From an uncultured Clostridia bacterium (GTDB lineage: Bacteria > Acidobacteriota > Aminicenantia > UBA2199): a DNA stretch of 64,000 nt. How positions within the stretch are numbered: position 1 is the first letter of the stretch; each line of letters begins with the position of its first letter. This document shows positions 1-8,305 of this stretch, in pieces. Below the pieces are notes generated by a model. That model did no database searches. It was not told where the DNA came from and was given only the letters and a program-made list of their open reading frames with translations. Where the stretch lies: contig CAZBHS010000027.1 of assembly GCA_964491915.1 (NCBI GenBank), forward strand, positions 2,694-66,693. Reading direction: 5' to 3'. The translations under genes were made by a program, and so were the position numbers.

Positions 1-603
1 TTCGCCGCAGGCGGTGCATTTCTTTTTGCGAATACTGGGTTTGGCGGTGGAGTGCTGGAGCATCTTGCCCTTGCGGCTGGAGCACCCCATGCCGAGATTC
101 TTGATGGTGGCGCCGAATCCGGCGGCCAGATGGCCGGTGAAGTGGGAGACAACGACTAACGCCTGGGACTTGACGATCAGGGTTGCCAACTTGACGCTCT
201 TGTAGTGTTGACCGTCGATGGGAACTTCGACCTCTTCATCCCCCAGCAAACCATCGGCCATGATGATGGGGAGGCCGGTGGCCTCGTAGGTGAAGCCGTG
301 GTCGTAGGCCAGCTCCATATGCACGACGGCGTCCGAGCGGTTGCCGCGGTAGAGGGTGGAGGTCTCGGTGAGGAACGGTTTGGCGCCCTTTTTCTTGAGC
401 TCTTTGCCCATCATCTCGAAATACACAGGCCTGACAAAGCCGTTGATCTTCGCTTCGCCGAAGTGGGTCTTGACCGCCACCATATCTTTGTCTTCCACGA
501 ACGAGAACAGATCGTTCCCGGCGATGAAGTCCCGCAAGCGGGCGCAGAGGTCCGCGTCGCTCTCGTTCTCTTTTATTCTGATTAGATGTACTGTTGCTTT
601 CAT
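1..603 (-). CDS. DUF362-type Fe-S protein, N-terminal 201 codons (gene runs off the left window edge)
   Basis: Absent from the ORF track because there is no in-window stop. My reverse translation from ATG 603-601 gives MKATVHLIRIKENESDADLCARLRDFIAGNDLFSFVEDKDMVAVKTHFGEAKINGF...LIVKSQALVVVSHFTGHLAAGFGATIKNLGMGCSSRKGKMLQHSTAKPSIRKKKCTACGE. This is colinear with the paralog at 40850-41890 (HFGEKGN; ISHFKGHMMAGFGGAIKQLAMGCASKGGK; KCKKCNLC). Plus-strand ORFs 205-585 and 356-631 are its shadows. Confidence 0.75.
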   Translation of the reverse strand, partial: MKATVHLIRIKENESDADLCARLRDFIAGNDLFSFVEDKDMVAVKTHFGEAKINGFVRPVYFEMMGKELKKKGAKPFLTETSTLYRGNRSDAVVHMELAYDHGFTYEATGLPIIMADGLLGDEEVEVPIDGQHYKSVKLATLIVKSQALVVVSHFTGHLAAGFGATIKNLGMGCSSRKGKMLQHSTAKPSIRKKKCTACGE

Positions 604-710
604 GTGCTCCAAACTCCTTTCATTGAAATAAAATTTCTCTTTTAAACTTTTCTAAAGAAATGATATAACAAATTCCCTCAGGATTCAAACGGAACACATA
701 TAAAAAGGGG

Positions 711-740
711 TAAAAAAAAAGCGGACGCCGCAGCGTCCGC
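711..740 (-). terminator. Rho-independent terminator of the 767-1891 gene
   Basis: The plus strand reads A9 then GCGGACGC-cgca-GCGTCCGC (721-740). On the minus strand this is an 8-bp GC hairpin followed by a U9 run, 27 nt after the stop. Confidence 0.8.
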
Positions 741-766
741 TTTATAATTAAATCAATTAGGATTGA

Positions 767-1891
767 TTATTCGTTCGCGTGCTTTTTGGCTGCCGCGACT
801 TTCGATGCCGGCAACGCCTGGGGGGCGAAGCGCAAAGAATCGAAATCAGGAGCTTTGCTGGTGGGATTCAAGGCGATTTCTACCTCGTCTTCCTTACCCA
901 GAGTATCGATATTCAGCAAGCGGACAATGGCGTGGTTGGCGGAAGTGGCCAATTCAGGCATTTCCAGGCTGACAACCGCGTCATTGCCGGAGAGAATCAC
1001 TTCTTTGCGGGCATAGGTAAAAGCGGTGCCGTTGTGGCCGAAAATAGCTTCCACTCTGAAACGGCCGTTAGCGGCTTTCACCGGTACCTGCAAACTGCGG
1101 CCCACAACATTTACATTGGCGCTGTCTACGCGGCTGACAGAATTGGTGACCATCATGCTGTTGACCACATCGCGGTTGAATACAACGCCGTTTTCCCGTG
1201 TGCCGACGGCGTGGAAGCGGACATTCACACCTTCGAAACCGTCCACAACCGGAGCGGTGACAGTGGCGGTGTAGAGACCGTCATTGGCGACGGCATCGCC
1301 GTTTTCGCCTTTGTCGTTCAAGTAGAAGGGGGTGCAATTGGGCAACGAACCTTCAATCGTCACACCGGTGGGGATACCATTGTCCATGACGCGGGCCAGC
1401 AATGTAACGGGCTCGCCGCTACGGGGAGCCAACGGACGCACCATGACTTCCAGCGACACCGGGCTCTGGGGCTGCGCCACAACCATTTTCACCGGCTGGT
1501 CGCCGGCGAGGCCGCTCAGGTAAACCACATTTTTACCGGGTTTCAACGAATCCAGTTCGATCCGGGAGTTGACGGCGGGGATATTCATCCGCTTCATCTC
1601 GCCCTCGGAAAACCGCAGGCAATTTAGCATCCGGTTATCAGCGGTTACCGCCGACACAGACTCTTGGCCCAGCACCATGGCGATAGCCCCTTTAGGAGTA
1701 TCGAGAGACAGCAATACATCTGCCACTCCGCCATGGATGGCGGCTTCAGTCACAAAAAATTTGGAACTGGCAAGTGGGCTTGCTTTGCCGATTTCCGGCA
1801 TTTGAGTCGGATTGATGAGCGCGGACTCATCGGCCATTACCAGACCAACGAACAATACAGTAATACTGAATAGGATAAATAACTTTTTCAT
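767..1891 (-). CDS. secreted hypothetical protein
   Basis: 374-aa ORF with signal peptide MKKLFILFSITVLFVGLVMA. The composition is beta-rich and I recognise no catalytic motif. It starts 18 nt after the upstream lipase-like gene, so the two are probably co-transcribed. Confidence 0.6.
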   Translation of the reverse strand: MKKLFILFSITVLFVGLVMADESALINPTQMPEIGKASPLASSKFFVTEAAIHGGVADVLLSLDTPKGAIAMVLGQESVSAVTADNRMLNCLRFSEGEMKRMNIPAVNSRIELDSLKPGKNVVYLSGLAGDQPVKMVVAQPQSPVSLEVMVRPLAPRSGEPVTLLARVMDNGIPTGVTIEGSLPNCTPFYLNDKGENGDAVANDGLYTATVTAPVVDGFEGVNVRFHAVGTRENGVVFNRDVVNSMMVTNSVSRVDSANVNVVGRSLQVPVKAANGRFRVEAIFGHNGTAFTYARKEVILSGNDAVVSLEMPELATSANHAIVRLLNIDTLGKEDEVEIALNPTSKAPDFDSLRFAPQALPASKVAAAKKHANE

Positions 1892-1909
1892 TGTGCTTCA
1901 CTCCTTCTC

Positions 1910-2743
1910 TTATTGGAAATCAGTACCAAGCGAGTCACCGATCGCTCTGTAGTCGTTGTGCCTGTTGTGGTGATGGTTGGCTTTGGTGCGGAACCACAGG
2001 GAACCGATAGATTCAGCGGAATATTCCGCCACCATACCGTCGTCCTCACCCGGAAGGCCGGCGATACCGGACAATGTGGCGAGACCGACACATTCGGTGC
2101 ACCAGTCGTTCCAGAGACCGTAACCGGAAATGGTGTAGAAGTTTTTCGGAAGGCCCGGGCGTCCGGAAGTTCCATACAGCCAGGTGCTATTGTAGTAAGA
2201 CATAGCGCTAGTCTGGCAATTGATGGTGGAATCATTGTTCTGATCCAGGAGAGATACCAACCAGGACGTGAGCCAGGAGCCGGACAATGTACCGGCCAAA
2301 TCCGCGGCTTCGCTGCCTTTGTGCGGACCGGCAATGGTGTTGACCCAGCGGGTGGCGTTGATGATGGTGGGATAACGGGAATCCCAGGTGGGATTCGAGA
2401 AGATCCAACGAATGATAACACCGCCGAACGAATGGGTATTGATGACTAAATCATCGATGTTGTTCTGGGTGATAAAATCGTACAACTGGCCGGCGACTGT
2501 GTCGGCGCAGACCCACATATAATGGCGGCCGTCATAGTGGCAAACCACATACGGAACAGCCCAATTGTTGGTGGATGCCTGAAGCATATCAGTCGTCCAA
2601 TAATTCCAGGCCACGCTGGAACTTGCCAGGGTTTCATCGCCTTTACCATGTACAAATGCGGCGCCGGTGGCGGCGGTCAGGTTAGGCAAAATCAAGAGAC
2701 AGAAGAACACTACGATGAGCGTTCTGGTAAACAATTTTTTCAT
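1910..2743 (-). CDS. secreted alpha/beta-hydrolase, lipase/esterase-like
   Basis: 277 aa with signal peptide MKKLFTRTLIVVFFCLLILPNLTAA. The nucleophile elbow is INTHSFGG, an xHSxG variant of GxSxG as in small secreted lipases. Other-frame ORFs in this span are shadows. Confidence 0.6.
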   Translation of the reverse strand: MKKLFTRTLIVVFFCLLILPNLTAATGAAFVHGKGDETLASSSVAWNYWTTDMLQASTNNWAVPYVVCHYDGRHYMWVCADTVAGQLYDFITQNNIDDLVINTHSFGGVIIRWIFSNPTWDSRYPTIINATRWVNTIAGPHKGSEAADLAGTLSGSWLTSWLVSLLDQNNDSTINCQTSAMSYYNSTWLYGTSGRPGLPKNFYTISGYGLWNDWCTECVGLATLSGIAGLPGEDDGMVAEYSAESIGSLWFRTKANHHHNRHNDYRAIGDSLGTDFQ

Positions 2744-2915
2744 ATAGATACCTCCATTTAATAGCTACTTAAAAAAAAGATTCATTGACCGGGCAAAATT
2801 AAAAAAAAGATCGACTTTGTATAATAAACCAATTTGAGGAATTTTTCAAAGGAAATGGGGCATCAAAATCGTGTTCTGTGAAAATTATTTGGAGGGATTG
2901 ACTGGATATGAGAGA

Positions 2916-2955
2916 GAGACGGGACAGGCGGACTCGATTCAACCTGTCCCGTCTC
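2916..2955 (-). terminator. hairpin terminator candidate downstream of the TonB-like gene
   Basis: GAGACGGGACAGG (2916-2928) pairs perfectly with CCTGTCCCGTCTC (2943-2955): a 13-bp stem with a 14-nt loop. On the minus strand it is followed by a UCUCUC tract, 10 nt after the stop at 2965. Confidence 0.5.
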
Positions 2956-2964
2956 TTTGCACGA

Positions 2965-4134
2965 TCACTTCTTCTTTACAATGAGAATCGCGTCGCCATG
3001 TAATTGAGCGGTGGTACCACAGCTTTTCAGAATTTCAACCAACGCCTTGTCCCAGGGAGTTCTGTGCAGATCGCAGGTCACTTTTTTCTCCAATCCGGGG
3101 GTAATTTTAAAAGCGATTCCCGTGGTGTCGGAGAACAATTTCAAGACATCTTCCAGTTTTGCGTTCTTGAATACCAGATCCAGCGGTTCGCCGGAATATT
3201 TCTTGTTTTTGATGTTATCTATCAATTGTTTAGCCGTCAGTTTGCCGTCGGAAATTTTTGTGGACTTATCCTCCGCCGGCAAGTCGGGTCCATCATCGTC
3301 CAGGCGGAATCGCAGCATCACGGTAAATCTGACGGGTTTCGGCTTGCCGTCGATGATGTAGGGTTCATACACCCAACGCCGCACCGCGTCAATGGAGGCG
3401 GCTCTCAATGGCGGCGGCCCCGACAGCACCTGCAATTGCATCACTTTTCCATAGACATCGGCGGTGGCTTCGAGTTCGACAGTCCCCTGCACTCCGGCTT
3501 TCAACGCTTCTTTCGGATACACGGGATTCACCTTGCGGATCAACCGCGGCCGCTTGATGGATGTCACCGACAGGACATCGTTTTCATCATGTTTGAGATC
3601 TTTTTCCCTTTGGATTGAGATAAAGTAGGGTTTCTTTTGGGAATTTTCAAAACCGAAGACCGATGTCTTTTGTTGAGGAAGGAGAATCTCTGTCTCGAGA
3701 ATCGTCTTGTCCCCCGTCTTTTCCACAACCTCCAACAAGAACGAATTATCGTTGGGAGCGAGCGCCAGCTTGATGATAAATTCCCGCCCATCAATGGTCA
3801 AGACCTGAGATTGATGTTTTTGTTTCCCGGATTTCAAACCCAAATCAGCCTTGGTAACCAGACGTAAATCATTGAGGTTGAATATTTTTTTTATCTCGCC
3901 CTTCTCCTCGGTCAGCCCCACATCGAGGATCACACTACCGGAAAACATCGGTTTTAGATAATACGTGGATGTCACGTTCGCGTGTCCCGCATCAGAGGTT
4001 CTGTCACCCTCATACAATCTAAGCTTTACAATCACCACCTCCGGCTTTGCCATCAGACCGGAGGTCATGGTAAACAACAAACCTATCACTATTAATATAA
4101 TCCACTTTATTGAAGCGGTATTCAAAATTTTCAT
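2965..4134 (-). CDS. TonB C-terminal-domain protein with an extra C-terminal STN-like domain
   Basis: I moved the start to ATG 4134 (MKILNTASIKW..., AGGAG upstream). The track start 4161 would overlap the anti-sigma gene. It has an N-terminal TM anchor and the TonB_C pattern PRLIRKVNPVYPKEALKAGVQGTVELEATADVYGKV. The final ~75 aa (LDLVFKNAKLEDVLKLFSDTTGIAFKITPGLEKKVTCDLHRTPWDKALVEIL) fit the secretin/TonB short N-terminal (STN) pattern. Confidence 0.7.
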   Translation of the reverse strand: MKILNTASIKWIILIVIGLLFTMTSGLMAKPEVVIVKLRLYEGDRTSDAGHANVTSTYYLKPMFSGSVILDVGLTEEKGEIKKIFNLNDLRLVTKADLGLKSGKQKHQSQVLTIDGREFIIKLALAPNDNSFLLEVVEKTGDKTILETEILLPQQKTSVFGFENSQKKPYFISIQREKDLKHDENDVLSVTSIKRPRLIRKVNPVYPKEALKAGVQGTVELEATADVYGKVMQLQVLSGPPPLRAASIDAVRRWVYEPYIIDGKPKPVRFTVMLRFRLDDDGPDLPAEDKSTKISDGKLTAKQLIDNIKNKKYSGEPLDLVFKNAKLEDVLKLFSDTTGIAFKITPGLEKKVTCDLHRTPWDKALVEILKSCGTTAQLHGDAILIVKKK

Positions 4135-4144
4135 CGTTCTCTCC

Positions 4145-4597
4145 TTATTGAACCCAGACAATCAACCGGTTGTTGTCCTGGGATTTGAAATAGAAAGTTT
4201 TCGCCGGCCGGCTATTCACCTCCACCGACTTTATTATAATCTGATCAGATTGTTTCGTGTCTTGATTGATTGCCGCTGTTTCATCCACAGAGGTTTTATG
4301 GAACGGCACAAATAGAACCGCCAACACCAACGCCGCCGCCATACCAATGGTGGCGAGACGAAAGCCCGAGACTCTTTTTGAAGTGGTTTTGCCAATAATC
4401 CCCGCCCGCACCTTCAGCCACACATCCACATCATCGCCGGTCGGACCGGACTCTTCCACCAATCGCCGCAGATTGACATCATCGATAAGCTGTTTGGAAC
4501 AATGGGGACAGGCAGAGAAGTGCCTGTCGATCAACCGCGCCCTCAATAGATTTAAAGGTACTAATATATATACAATAGTATAGAACAGGCATTTCAT
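4145..4597 (-). CDS. anti-sigma factor (zf-HC2 type), single-pass membrane protein
   Basis: HFSACPHCSKQL matches the H-x3-C-x2-C motif. There is one central TM (LATIGMAAALVLAVLFVPF). The ATG overlaps the sigma-factor stop (ATGA at 4594-4597). Confidence 0.65.
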   Translation of the reverse strand: MKCLFYTIVYILVPLNLLRARLIDRHFSACPHCSKQLIDDVNLRRLVEESGPTGDDVDVWLKVRAGIIGKTTSKRVSGFRLATIGMAAALVLAVLFVPFHKTSVDETAAINQDTKQSDQIIIKSVEVNSRPAKTFYFKSQDNNRLIVWVQ

Positions 4598-5160
4598 AAC
4601 ACCACCTCCCGCGTGGTTTTTTGTGAGTGTTTTTTTTCCGCTTCCATCAGCGCTTTTTTCAACTTTTTCCGGGCATTAAATTGATGGACCCTCACCGTAC
4701 TCTCACTACATTCCAGCACCTCGCCGATTTCCCTTGCGGAATAGCCGTCGTTCACATCAAGTACAATAGCGAGATACTCTTTGGGTTTCAGTGTTTTCAA
4801 GTAGGGGCCGAACAAAGCCGACTCTTCGATATCCGTGTTTTTCGGTTGATGGTAGCCGGTCAGATTTCGCGCTTCTCCGGTGAAGAATTTCAGGAAGGAA
4901 TTTCTCTTGCGCAACCGGTCCAGACTCCGTTTCACCACAATCGCCATGATCCAGGTTTTAAAACTACGCCCCATATCAAAACGGCGCAAATTCTTGAACG
5001 CCTGAACCAACGCCTCTTGAACCGCGTCATGAGCCTCGTCTTCGTCTCCCAACAGCCGGCGGGCCATCGCGATCAACCGGCTTTGATACTTGCGCACCAA
5101 TGGAGCGAAGGCTTCGATGTCGCCTGCCAGGCATTCTGCGATTTTCTTTTGTTCCTGCAT
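4594..5160 (-). CDS. ECF-type RNA polymerase sigma-70 family factor
   Basis: 188 aa. Region 2 is DEAHDAVQEALVQAFKNLRRFD...FKTWIMAIVVKRSLDRLRKR and the region 4 HTH is YSAREIGEVLECSESTVRVHQFNARKKL. Confidence 0.9.
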   Translation of the reverse strand: MQEQKKIAECLAGDIEAFAPLVRKYQSRLIAMARRLLGDEDEAHDAVQEALVQAFKNLRRFDMGRSFKTWIMAIVVKRSLDRLRKRNSFLKFFTGEARNLTGYHQPKNTDIEESALFGPYLKTLKPKEYLAIVLDVNDGYSAREIGEVLECSESTVRVHQFNARKKLKKALMEAEKKHSQKTTREVVL

Positions 5161-5205
5161 CTTACCTTCAATACGTCCCAGGTGGCGGAACCATTTAGAA
5201 AAAAA

Positions 5206-5979
5206 TTACCTTTTTGCGAAAATCGCTTCAAAGCTCCTGTTCATCGCATCGTTCAGTTCAGACACCTGGATACCTTTTAATTGGGCGACAGTATCTGCGA
5301 CAATCCGGACCCGCAAGGGGGTGTTGGTTTTTCCCCGGAAAGGGACGGGTGATAAATAGGGAGAATCCGTCTCGGTAAAAATAGATTCAATCGGGATCAT
5401 CGTGGCGATTTCCCGGAGGAAATCGGATTTCTTGAAGGTGACAATCCCGGAGATGGAAATCCTGTATCCCCGCTTCAATATTTCCCCGGCATCGGCTATA
5501 TTACCGGTATAGCAATGAAAAATCACATGACCATCGAATTTTTCTTCCTCGATAATTTTCAAGACCAAAGGCTCCGCCTCACGGGAATGGATAGTGAGAG
5601 GAAGCTTCATCTCCCGGGCGATGGCTATTTGCCGGCGGAACACACGTTCCTGGTTTTCCGGGGAGGACAGGTTGTAGTGAAAATCGAGACCCGCCTCTCC
5701 AATCCCAATGGCCCGCGGATGCTGCATCAACGTCAGGATGCGGGCTTCGATAGCCGGTGCGTAAGAATCCGCGTTATGGGGATGGGCCGCAATCATGCAC
5801 GCCACATGCTCATGGTAGTCCATAGCTTCCAATGTCCGCTCGATGGAACCATCCTCATAAGGGTCCGCCACAGTGACCATTCTCTTGAATCCAGCGGCGA
5901 AACACTCATCCACTATTTGTTTGCGGTTCGCATCAAACTCCCTGTAATCCAGGTGGCAATGAAAATCGATATAATTCAT
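5206..5979 (-). CDS. tatD: TatD-family metal-dependent hydrolase
   Basis: Motifs IDFHCHLDY, EAGLDFHY, LTIHSREA, FHCYTG and TETDSPYLSP. I set the start at ATG 5979 (MNYIDFHCHL); the track start 6012 is also possible. Confidence 0.9.
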   Translation of the reverse strand: MNYIDFHCHLDYREFDANRKQIVDECFAAGFKRMVTVADPYEDGSIERTLEAMDYHEHVACMIAAHPHNADSYAPAIEARILTLMQHPRAIGIGEAGLDFHYNLSSPENQERVFRRQIAIAREMKLPLTIHSREAEPLVLKIIEEEKFDGHVIFHCYTGNIADAGEILKRGYRISISGIVTFKKSDFLREIATMIPIESIFTETDSPYLSPVPFRGKTNTPLRVRIVADTVAQLKGIQVSELNDAMNRSFEAIFAKR

Positions 5980-6104
5980 CTTGTCCTCAATGTTCCAGTA
6001 TACACGAATCACCAGTATAGCATATAAATCCCCCTATTTGCATAAAATTCCCGGATGTGATACAAACTAAATTTCAAACCATTTACAAGAAAAGAGGTAT
6101 TTAT

Positions 6105-7865
6105 ATGAGACGAGTCATTTTAATTATTATTTTTTCAATTATGTTGAGCTTTCCGGCGCTGGCGGACGACCAGCAAATGATATCCGCCGACACGGAATTC
6201 CTGATCAAAGGCACTGTCACCAATGCCGCGAACAATGAACCCTTCAGTCACGGAAACATCCTTTTAAGAAAACACACAGCGGGAAAAATCACGACCACAT
6301 CCTTTGCCATAGGAGACGATGGAACCTTCAGGCTCCCGGACATACCCACCGGGACATACACCATCGCCATAGATATTTTCGGAGCCTCGCTAAAAACCGT
6401 TGACTCGTTTAAAATTACTGAATTCAAGCTAGAGAGCGATCAGACATTCAATATTTTGGTCAAGCCGCGGGCAATGGATTTCGTCCTGATATATGTGGGA
6501 AAAATCCGGGACTTCATGTGGGGCAATTGGATGATCCTCCTCCTGGTTGGGGCCGGAGTTCTTGTCACCTTCGCCACACGCTTCGTTCAGATCAGAAGGC
6601 TAGCCAGGGCTCTTGGTTATGTCTTCAAAGGCAATTCCAAATCCGAAAGAGAAAAGATGAAAAAAATGGAAGGTGACATCTCACCCTTCCAGGCGTTGAT
6701 GACGGCCCTCGCAGCCACAGTCGGCAATGGAAACATCGCCGGCGTAGCAACGGCAATCGCGGTGGGCGGCCCCGGAGCTCCATTATGGATGTGGATCGCG
6801 GGCTTTTTCGGAATGGCGACCAAATATGCCGAAGGATTTCTAGGAGTGAAATTCCGTATCAAAAATAAATTGGGCGAAATGGCCGGCGGCCCCATGTATT
6901 ATGCCCGCGAGGGTATTAAAAACAAGACTATCGGTAAAGCCTTAGGCGCCACATTCGCCGTCATGGGCGGAGTCGCCGCTCTGTTCGGCACCGGTAACAT
7001 GGCCCAGTCAAACTCTATGGCGCTGGCGGTCAACACCGAGTTTAGCATCCCGTTTTGGGTAACCGGCCTGCTTTTGGCTATCTTTACCGGGATTGTCACC
7101 ATCGGCGGCATCAAGCGAATCGGCGAAGTTACAGAAAAATTGGTTCCCTCGATGATTTTCCTCTACTTCGGAGGCGCATTGATCATCATTCTGGCGAATT
7201 TCTCCGGCATCCCCGAAGCGTTCAAAATCATATTCCAGGCCGCCTTCACCGGAAAAGCCGCGGCCGGAGCATTAATCGGAACCTCGATCCAGCGGGCTAT
7301 ATCCATCGGCGTTAGCCGCGGAGTACTATCCAACGAATCAGGAATGGGCACAGCCTCCATCGCGCAGGCAGCCTCGTCGTCGCCGGACCCCACCTACAAC
7401 GGGCTGATCGCCATGACCGGCACTTTTATCGATACCATCCTCGTCAACACCCTCACAACGCTATCCATTGTCCTCTCGGGCATGTACCTGCACACCCAGG
7501 CGTTCGGTGTTTCCAACGGGCTCACGTCAACGGCATTGACTCAATCGGCGTTCAATACAGTCATACCTTTCGGAGGAATAATCGTAGCTGTGGCCTCACT
7601 GCTATTTGGGTACTCCACATTGGTCGCCTGGTCATATTATGGTGAGAAATGCCTCGAGTACCTATTCGGTGTAAAAATTATCATGAGCTACCGGTTGGCG
7701 TTTGTAGTACTGATTTTTGTGGGAGCGATCATTCAGGGCGCCCACCTAAACATAATCTGGTACATCGGCGATATCAGCAATGCCCTATTAATCATCCCCA
7801 ACGTACTCGCCATCGTGTTTCTCACAAAAATATTGCGCCGGGAAACCATCAAAAAACTATACTAG
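6105..7865 (+). CDS. alanine/glycine:cation symporter (AGCS family) with an N-terminal signal peptide plus CarboxypepD_reg-like extension
   Basis: AGCS signature SPFQALMTALAATVGNGNIAGVATAIAVGGPGAPLWMWI followed by a multi-TM body. I set the start at ATG 6105 (MRRVILIII, AGAGG 7 nt upstream) rather than track start 6057. Confidence 0.9.
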   Translation: MRRVILIIIFSIMLSFPALADDQQMISADTEFLIKGTVTNAANNEPFSHGNILLRKHTAGKITTTSFAIGDDGTFRLPDIPTGTYTIAIDIFGASLKTVDSFKITEFKLESDQTFNILVKPRAMDFVLIYVGKIRDFMWGNWMILLLVGAGVLVTFATRFVQIRRLARALGYVFKGNSKSEREKMKKMEGDISPFQALMTALAATVGNGNIAGVATAIAVGGPGAPLWMWIAGFFGMATKYAEGFLGVKFRIKNKLGEMAGGPMYYAREGIKNKTIGKALGATFAVMGGVAALFGTGNMAQSNSMALAVNTEFSIPFWVTGLLLAIFTGIVTIGGIKRIGEVTEKLVPSMIFLYFGGALIIILANFSGIPEAFKIIFQAAFTGKAAAGALIGTSIQRAISIGVSRGVLSNESGMGTASIAQAASSSPDPTYNGLIAMTGTFIDTILVNTLTTLSIVLSGMYLHTQAFGVSNGLTSTALTQSAFNTVIPFGGIIVAVASLLFGYSTLVAWSYYGEKCLEYLFGVKIIMSYRLAFVVLIFVGAIIQGAHLNIIWYIGDISNALLIIPNVLAIVFLTKILRRETIKKLY

Positions 7866-8021
7866 CGACAAAGGCTTCAATATAAAAAAAGTAAACTCAA
7901 TCTAAAGAATAGGTAAACGGGGTAGCAAAAAGACAACTTTTTGTTGCCCCACCATCAATTATTTGTAACACCGTCGAATTTAGAGCCGAAATCCCAAAAC
8001 ATTGAATGCACACGCTTAAAG

Positions 8022-8042
8022 AGTGTAAAGTTTTTTTACACT
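8022..8042. promoter_or_regulatory. palindrome AGTGTAAA-gtttt-TTTACACT (candidate enhancer/UAS site 1)
   Basis: Perfect 8-bp arms with a 5-nt spacer. The core is TGTAAA-N5-TTTACA. It sits about 248 bp upstream of the sigma-54 -24 element. Confidence 0.55.
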
Positions 8043-8092
8043 ATCACTACAAGAAATCCCTTTTGTAACAGTATTATCGAAAAAAATCAAAA

Positions 8093-8113
8093 AGTGTAAA
8101 AATTTTTTACACT
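8093..8113. promoter_or_regulatory. palindrome AGTGTAAA-aattt-TTTACACT (candidate UAS site 2)
   Basis: Perfect 8-bp arms identical to site 1, 71 bp downstream of it and about 177 bp upstream of the -24 element. Confidence 0.55.
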
Positions 8114-8177
8114 AATCAAAAACACCGCGAATAACACCGATAACACAACCTAAACACCGATACGCGGATACTTGCGC

Positions 8178-8196
8178 CTGTAAAGGTTCTTTACAG
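8178..8196. promoter_or_regulatory. palindrome CTGTAAAG-gtt-CTTTACAG (candidate UAS site 3)
   Basis: It contains the same core, TGTAAA-ggttc-TTTACA (8179-8195), about 93 bp upstream of the -24 element. Confidence 0.5.
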
Positions 8197-8278
8197 TAAT
8201 TATCAAACACAAATATGATTAAAAGAACAAACATCTCAAAACCGCCAATATATTAGCATCCTATCAAAATAGAAAACC

Positions 8279-8294
8279 TGGCATCCGATTTGCT
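8279..8294 (+). promoter_or_regulatory. sigma-54 (RpoN) -24/-12 promoter
   Basis: TGGCAT-ccgat-TTGCT. GG is at 8280-8281 and GC at 8292-8293, giving exact GG-N10-GC spacing. It lies in a gene-free gap between convergent genes. Confidence 0.65.
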
Positions 8295-8305
8295 ATACAA
8301 TATAG

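Noticed and set aside
779-1627. 282-aa plus-strand ORF (and several shorter ones) inside 767-1891
   Set aside because: It is antisense to a minus-strand gene that has a signal peptide, a terminator and coherent composition. The plus-strand translation is Gly/His/Arg-rich junk typical of a shadow frame.
1888-2655. Alternative-frame minus-strand ORFs (1888-2421, 2446-2655) within the lipase-like gene
   Set aside because: They are out of frame with the 1910-2743 ORF, which has the signal peptide and the nucleophile elbow. Their translations are Pro/Ser/Thr-rich with no start context.
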